DNA of 64,000 nucleotides from Candidatus Methanoperedenaceae archaeon. Lineage in GTDB: Archaea > Halobacteriota > Methanosarcinia > Methanosarcinales > Methanoperedenaceae. The first letter of the stretch is position 1; every line of letters starts with the position of its first letter. A program made the translations under genes and the position numbers. The stretch spans positions 1 to 64,000 of the forward strand of contig CAVWCX010000018.1 of assembly GCA_963753595.1 (NCBI GenBank). Direction: 5' to 3'. Shown here piece after piece: positions 58,779 through 64,000 of the stretch. The notes beneath the pieces were generated by a model, which was given only the letters and a program-made list of their open reading frames with translations, did no database searches and had not been told where the DNA came from.

Positions 58779-60065
58779 TTGATCATAATGAACACCCGGG
58801 CACTCAAAGAGATAATAGTCCAGCAAAAAACAGAGCTGGATAAAAAAGAAAGAGGACTTGAAAGAAATTCCCTGAAGGAGATCGAAAAATACCTCAAACT
58901 ACCCCATGCAGTCGTTATCACAGGTGTCCGGCGCAGCGGAAAATCGACTATTTTAACCCAGGTAATTTCCAAACACTTCCGGGATGATTACTATTACCTT
59001 AACTTTGAGGACGAGCGCCTGATACAATTCTCAGCAGCAGAGGATTTTGACTCTCTTTACCAGGCGTTTCTTGAACTTTATGGTAAACATAAAACCTTCT
59101 TTTTTGATGAGATCCAGAATATTGAAAATTGGGAAAGATTCGTTCGAAGGATGTCTGATGCAGGATTCAAATTCTTCATTACTGGTTCAAATGCAAGATT
59201 GCTGAGCAGGGAACTCGCAACACACCTTACGGGAAGACACATGACTACAGAGATTTACCCTTTTTCTTTCAGGGAATTTCTTGAATTCAAGGGGCTTGCA
59301 ATGGAAAAGAATACAGAATACCTGGTGGAAGAACGGGCAAAGATCAAGAATTTCCTTTCTGAATATATAGAAAATGGGGGCTTTCCTGAATATTTAAAAT
59401 ATAAAGAAAAAGACATACTTCATAGGCTTTACAGCGATATAATATTCAGGGATATTATTGTAAGATATGGCATCAGGGAAGTAAAGGCTTTTCAGGAAAT
59501 TTCAAACTACCTCATGTCTAACATTTCAAATATAACCAGCTACACGCGATTGAAAAATCTATTCGGTCTTGGAAGTGTTAATACTGCAAAAAATTTTATG
59601 GAATATCTTGAAACCAGTTTTTTACTGTTCTTTTTAAACCAATTCTCATATTCAAAAGGTGTCCAGTCGTCATCCCCAAAAAAAGTTTATTGCATAGATT
59701 CGGGATTGAGAAATACAGTGGCATTCCAATTCTCTAATGACATTGGCAGGATTGTAGAGAATATAGTATTCCTTGAACTTAAAAGAAGGGGGATGGAAAT
59801 CTATTACTGGAAAGGAAAGGGTGAAGTGGATTTCCTGATACGAGAAGGTCAGCAGACAAAGGATCTTATTCAGGTATGCTGGAATCTTGATGATAAAGTT
59901 AGAAAGAAAGCAGAAGTGAACTCTTTGATTGAAGCTATGATCGAATTCGATCACGAAAAAGCACAAATAATTACTGATGACCTTGATTGTGAGGAAATGA
60001 TCGATGGGAAAAAAATAATGTATACGCCATTATGGAAATGGCTACTTGGTCGGGACAATTCATAA
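58779..60065 (+). CDS. AAA_14 plus DUF4143 ATP-binding protein
   Basis: GVRRSGKST, FDEIQ, TGSN, GGFPE, KVYCIDSG, EVDF...IQV. Confidence 0.9.
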   Translation: MIIMNTRALKEIIVQQKTELDKKERGLERNSLKEIEKYLKLPHAVVITGVRRSGKSTILTQVISKHFRDDYYYLNFEDERLIQFSAAEDFDSLYQAFLELYGKHKTFFFDEIQNIENWERFVRRMSDAGFKFFITGSNARLLSRELATHLTGRHMTTEIYPFSFREFLEFKGLAMEKNTEYLVEERAKIKNFLSEYIENGGFPEYLKYKEKDILHRLYSDIIFRDIIVRYGIREVKAFQEISNYLMSNISNITSYTRLKNLFGLGSVNTAKNFMEYLETSFLLFFLNQFSYSKGVQSSSPKKVYCIDSGLRNTVAFQFSNDIGRIVENIVFLELKRRGMEIYYWKGKGEVDFLIREGQQTKDLIQVCWNLDDKVRKKAEVNSLIEAMIEFDHEKAQIITDDLDCEEMIDGKKIMYTPLWKWLLGRDNS

Positions 60066-60070
60066 AAGCC

Positions 60071-60868
60071 CTACATTTTTTCCACGATTCCGATTATCTC
60101 CTTAATATCATTTATCACAATATCAGCTTCCTCGCAAAGAAGAGGAGGACATTTTCCTGTCTGCTGTATAGAGAGTACGCTTAGATCAGCAGCGCGAAAT
60201 GCAAGTATATCATTGATTCCATCCCCAACCATTACTACTTTATCATATTGGTCTTTTAATCTCTTTACGATCTCTTCTTTTTTCTTTGGCGTTGATATCT
60301 CATATACACATTCAAGTGGAACGCAGACGTTCTTCGCAAGCGGCTGGAGGTTTCGCATACTGTCACCCGATGCGATATATACGCTTATGCCTTTCTCAGT
60401 AAGCGCCTGTATTACATTACAGCTATTGGAATATATTTTGCCGCCTGTGCAGACAACATAAGGAATACTTTTTTCTTCCACATCAATTATGAGCCCCGCA
60501 CCCATATAAAAAATATTCTTACACTTTTGTTTAACAGCAGCCATTACATCCTGGAGGTCAGACATTGTTGCTCTCATATCATGTTTCACAACTGATAACG
60601 CTGTTTCGTTATCCACCTGGGCCCTGGAACAGCCAACATCGATGCCTATGTTGTATTTATCTATAAAATCGGAAATCAGCATGTCTGGGGGACATTTTGT
60701 GAGCCTGTTAGAATCAATCTGCATTACAAGAAGCGCACAATGTGGTTTTTTCCCGACAAGGTCTGTTGAAACTACTTCATTTAGAATAGCGCCAGTATTT
60801 ATGTTCTTTGCCACGCGGTACATGCGAAGCAATGTTCCTGCACTATCAAAGACGACAGCAATTTTCAT
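60071..60868 (-). CDS. HAD-family hydrolase (soluble P-type-ATPase-like)
   Basis: VVFDSAGTL, IASGD, MVGDGINDI. Confidence 0.85.
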   Translation of the reverse strand: MKIAVVFDSAGTLLRMYRVAKNINTGAILNEVVSTDLVGKKPHCALLVMQIDSNRLTKCPPDMLISDFIDKYNIGIDVGCSRAQVDNETALSVVKHDMRATMSDLQDVMAAVKQKCKNIFYMGAGLIIDVEEKSIPYVVCTGGKIYSNSCNVIQALTEKGISVYIASGDSMRNLQPLAKNVCVPLECVYEISTPKKKEEIVKRLKDQYDKVVMVGDGINDILAFRAADLSVLSIQQTGKCPPLLCEEADIVINDIKEIIGIVEKM

Positions 60869-61012
60869 ACCATAAACACGTTTTTATTGAATATTTATCT
60901 TTTCCAGGAAAATAGGGTATCTGTATCTTTGGGATAGGATAGGCGATTTCCCCTTTGTGTAAAAGGAGTTATTATACAGATACCCCCATAATATAATTAT
61001 TATTTATGGTAT

Positions 61013-61771
61013 TTATATTCTCGCCTCGAAAAGAATATCAGATAGTTTTGCCAATTCCTCCGGAGAAATGGTTTCCGCCCTCTTATCTATCATATCAGGA
61101 GGCAGTTTTTCCAGCGCGTCATGTTTGATCCCAAGAAATGCTGCATTATTTAATATGGCGTTCCTGATTTTTTTTCTTCTTTGTGAAAAAGCTGCTGTTA
61201 TGAATTTCATGAAAAAATCCACATCTTTTACTTTATAAGGGGGAGGTCGCGGTACAAGCCTGACTATCGCTGAATTAACTTGCGGAGGAGCGCTGAAAGC
61301 AAGCCTGGGTACGACTTCTATGATCTCAACATTAGCTCGATACTGGACTGCTATCGAAAGACGACCATAATCCTTACTTCCTGATGCTGCAACCATTCTT
61401 TTTGCATATTCATGCTGGTACATAAGAATACCCATATCGAATTCATACTCCAGCAGTTTGAAGGTTACAGGCGATGAGATAGAATAAGGCAAATTAGAGA
61501 TCACTTTATTAAAATGGGGAAAATCCTGTTCCAGGGCATCTCCTATGACAACTTCAACGTTATCAAACCTGTTCAGGGAAGAAGCGAGTTCCGGGTCCAC
61601 TTCAATAGCGATGACTTTTCCTGCCTTGCGTGCAAGTTTTTCTGTCAGGTTACCGAAGCCTGCGCCTATTTCAAGAACAGTATCCGAACTATTTAATTGT
61701 CCGTACTCGATAATCCTGCCAAGGACCTGTTCATCAATTAAGAAATGCTGGTCCTTTTTATATAATTTCAT
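61013..61771 (-). CDS. rsmA: 16S rRNA adenine dimethyltransferase
   Basis: DQHFLID, LEIGAGFG, SNLPYSISS, YGRLS, FSQRRK. Confidence 0.96.
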   Translation of the reverse strand: MKLYKKDQHFLIDEQVLGRIIEYGQLNSSDTVLEIGAGFGNLTEKLARKAGKVIAIEVDPELASSLNRFDNVEVVIGDALEQDFPHFNKVISNLPYSISSPVTFKLLEYEFDMGILMYQHEYAKRMVAASGSKDYGRLSIAVQYRANVEIIEVVPRLAFSAPPQVNSAIVRLVPRPPPYKVKDVDFFMKFITAAFSQRRKKIRNAILNNAAFLGIKHDALEKLPPDMIDKRAETISPEELAKLSDILFEARI

Positions 61772-62361
61772 CTTCTGGGCGTCATGGGGGTTGTAAAAAC
61801 ACGATATTTTATATTATCGTCCTTCAATTCATCCATAACCCTGTGAGCTATTAGTTTTTCAGGAGCATGAAGACCTTTTACCCTTTCAACAAGATTCTTG
61901 AAACTCTCAAATTTACCCTTCTTTTTCTCTTCAATTATTCCCCACATGAGCTTTTTTCCAATTCCTGGTAAAAGCTCAAGCATATGAAGACGCGTTGTTA
62001 TCGGATATGCATCATTAAAGAAAGCCAAAAAGAGGGCTTCATTTGCAAGGACTATTTTTTCAATGACAGAAGGAAGCTCCAGCTGTGCGCCATGTGTAAG
62101 CTCAATATAGGCAATACGTCTCTTGACATGATCGATAACAGGACGGTCTCCATCCCCGATATAAACCTTATCATAGACATTTGGGACTACATTTTCTTTA
62201 GGTATAAGCTCCATCAAAACAAAATGTTTTTCCCCAATTGCATGAATAAGGGGCTTTTTTTGATACATCGGACGGGAATCATCAGAACGCCCATAATGTA
62301 GATAATCCAGAATATAAGCTGTGTCTTCTTTTTCTTGCCTTTTCCCTAGGGTTATCATCAA
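61768..62361 (-). CDS. DUF655 putative RNA-binding protein
   Basis: YILDYL...ITTRLHMLELLPGIGKK; canonical position between rpoF and rsmA. Confidence 0.9.
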   Translation of the reverse strand: MMITLGKRQEKEDTAYILDYLHYGRSDDSRPMYQKKPLIHAIGEKHFVLMELIPKENVVPNVYDKVYIGDGDRPVIDHVKRRIAYIELTHGAQLELPSVIEKIVLANEALFLAFFNDAYPITTRLHMLELLPGIGKKLMWGIIEEKKKGKFESFKNLVERVKGLHAPEKLIAHRVMDELKDDNIKYRVFTTPMTPRR

Positions 62362-62439
62362 ATACCACTCACTTTGGAATTATTCTTACTCAAACGGTAA
62401 ATATTCAAAATAGATAATTATATTGTTTTATTATCTATT

Positions 62440-62790
62440 TCAGGTATATTTCATCACTAGCTCAAGAATATCTTTCAATTCTTTTTCACTGAGAGTATAT
62501 CTTTCTTTTGCGTAGATCGACCTGACCTCATCATTGGTCAGTGGAAGAATATCGACTATCCTTACAGCAATCTCCGGTTTCATTTTTTCAAGTTTTGATA
62601 GCTCGTTCATTAATTCCCGGGATTTCCCTGGTTCCAGCCTTGCAAACATTTCAGCATGAGAGATCGCCTTACGCAACTCATATCCGAGTTCTTTGTCTTC
62701 TTTTGCCCTCTCTTCTCTGACTTCGTCAAGCAGGTTCTTTACCTCTCCAAGAGTCAAAATATCTTCACTGATTATCTGCTTCACTAACAT
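62440..62790 (-). CDS. rpoF: RNA polymerase subunit F (Rpo4)
   Basis: ELGYELRKAISHA...IAVRIVDILP...EVRSIYAKE. Confidence 0.93.
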   Translation of the reverse strand: MLVKQIISEDILTLGEVKNLLDEVREERAKEDKELGYELRKAISHAEMFARLEPGKSRELMNELSKLEKMKPEIAVRIVDILPLTNDEVRSIYAKERYTLSEKELKDILELVMKYT

Positions 62791-62801
62791 TATTTCACCG
62801 G

Positions 62802-63092
62802 TTATTTTTGGGGAGTTAAATGCTCTGGAAGAATGATAACTTCTTTCATCAGTCCGCCATCCCTGACTGCAACAATATAGGCCCTGCCACGCTGGCTCGT
62901 TACTTTTCCGGTCCTTCCCTGGAATTTGGGATGAGGCATTCCATTCTGGATGCTTGAGTCAAGATCGATGTTTACAATGTCTCCCTCATGGAACTCCTGG
63001 ATCGCCCTGCTGATGGGAGATAATCCTTTTTCCCTGACTGTTTTCTTTAACTTATATCGTGATTTTCTTCTTGTTCCGTGGGTTTTTGCCAT
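62802..63092 (-). CDS. rpl21e: 50S ribosomal protein L21e
   Basis: [20 protein letters not shown]...PEHL. Confidence 0.96.
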   Translation of the reverse strand: MAKTHGTRRKSRYKLKKTVREKGLSPISRAIQEFHEGDIVNIDLDSSIQNGMPHPKFQGRTGKVTSQRGRAYIVAVRDGGLMKEVIILPEHLTPQK

Positions 63093-63119
63093 AATATTTC
63101 TCCGAACTATGATTATTAT

Positions 63120-64000
63120 TTATCCTACTTTAATTACTTCAAGTTCAATAACTTTTGCCTCACTTCCTGTCAGTGAAGCTACACTGGGTATCGTACGCCC
63201 GCCATCGCCAGAAACCAGTTCCTTGACATAGAGTCCGCCTTCACAATTAATTACGAGGACTGCAGTATTTTCATTATACGATTCAAGTTCGACCGAGTGT
63301 ACTTTTCGTACCCGTTCAAGGTCCGCGCGCCTGTGAAGCACTCTGGTGGGTGTTTTCTGTTTGATGAGAGTTTGTCTTAATACGTTAATGGATGATTTAA
63401 GTTTTTCCTCTGTTGTATTGTGGGTAATCTTGAGACGATATACTTTATCCACTTTCATGGATTTTAGCTGTTCAACAGTTTCACTCTCAACGAATTTTAA
63501 TCCAAGTACTTCGATCTTACCCTGTGCGCCCTGGTTAATTCCTGATTCCAGGGCCTCCAGGTCAAGACTCCTGGTATGGGGTCTTTTTGCCTCAACAACA
63601 AATGGCCGCCCATCGCCAAGCATAAGGGCATCAATATCCTCTCGCCCTGCGCCATGAAAAGCAGTATCTTCGGCCCGCGCTGCTGACATTAGATGCGGCT
63701 TTATCAATTCATCGACTGATTCCTGGTACATCTTCCCGGTATTGTCGCATCGTTCGCATCCTCTCCCGCCGCATTCCCGGCATGGCCATCTTGTCTGGGG
63801 TATCCCGCGGATAAGTTTCCGATACCTTCCATAGATATAAAGTGAATTTATTTCTACTTCGACAGTATCATTTTCAAGGTCAAGAAGCGCCACAACCTGT
63901 GGTTTTTTGAGGTTTGCCTTCTTTGCGGTAAGCTTTTCTATCCTTTTCCCCACCTCGCGGTTCAATTCTGTCTTCAAAGGCTCGGCAAACGTGGCCCCGC
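63120..64000 (-). CDS. pus10: tRNA pseudouridine 54/55 synthase Pus10 (5' end outside the window)
   Basis: GRYRKLIRGIPQTRW, FHGAGREDIDALMLG.GRPF, QKTPTRV, GGLYVKELVSGDGGRT. Confidence 0.95.
   Translation of the reverse strand, partial: GATFAEPLKTELNREVGKRIEKLTAKKANLKKPQVVALLDLENDTVEVEINSLYIYGRYRKLIRGIPQTRWPCRECGGRGCERCDNTGKMYQESVDELIKPHLMSAARAEDTAFHGAGREDIDALMLGDGRPFVVEAKRPHTRSLDLEALESGINQGAQGKIEVLGLKFVESETVEQLKSMKVDKVYRLKITHNTTEEKLKSSINVLRQTLIKQKTPTRVLHRRADLERVRKVHSVELESYNENTAVLVINCEGGLYVKELVSGDGGRTIPSVASLTGSEAKVIELEVIKVG

Overview
Archaeal chromosomal window from a methane-metabolising Methanosarcinales-type organism. Ca. Methanoperedens (ANME-2d) is most likely; this is inferred from gene content (mch, mcrC, hxlB, GGR) and not from a search. 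Most of the window is housekeeping: the eIF2g-rpoE-spt4-rps24e-rps27ae operon, pheT, rnz, carA, nfnAB, rpl18a-pfdA-ftsY, ksgA-rpoF-rpl21e-pus10, and an intron-containing tRNA-Tyr. Three parts stand out. (1) An accessory zone at about 26.6-34.6 kb. It holds AT-rich decaying ORFs, two U-tailed structured ncRNA candidates, a bacterial-type Hfq gene and an intact ISH8-group IS4 with a 10-bp TSD. It also holds an IS110 inserted into a 9-mer palindromic repeat; its leader folds like a bridge RNA with loops matching the target and the donor end, and its right end carries an archaeal BRE/TATA motif. (2) Gene cassettes stacked at the tRNA-Tyr 3' end (17-21.6 kb), separated by degenerate copies of that tRNA end. 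(3) A redox operon (34.7-41 kb) joining a stand-alone McrC paralogue to bacterioferritin, a 2-oxoacid:ferredoxin oxidoreductase, a glutaredoxin and a ferredoxin:disulfide reductase. No CRISPR array or rRNA was seen. Folds and family calls were made by eye and need computational confirmation.
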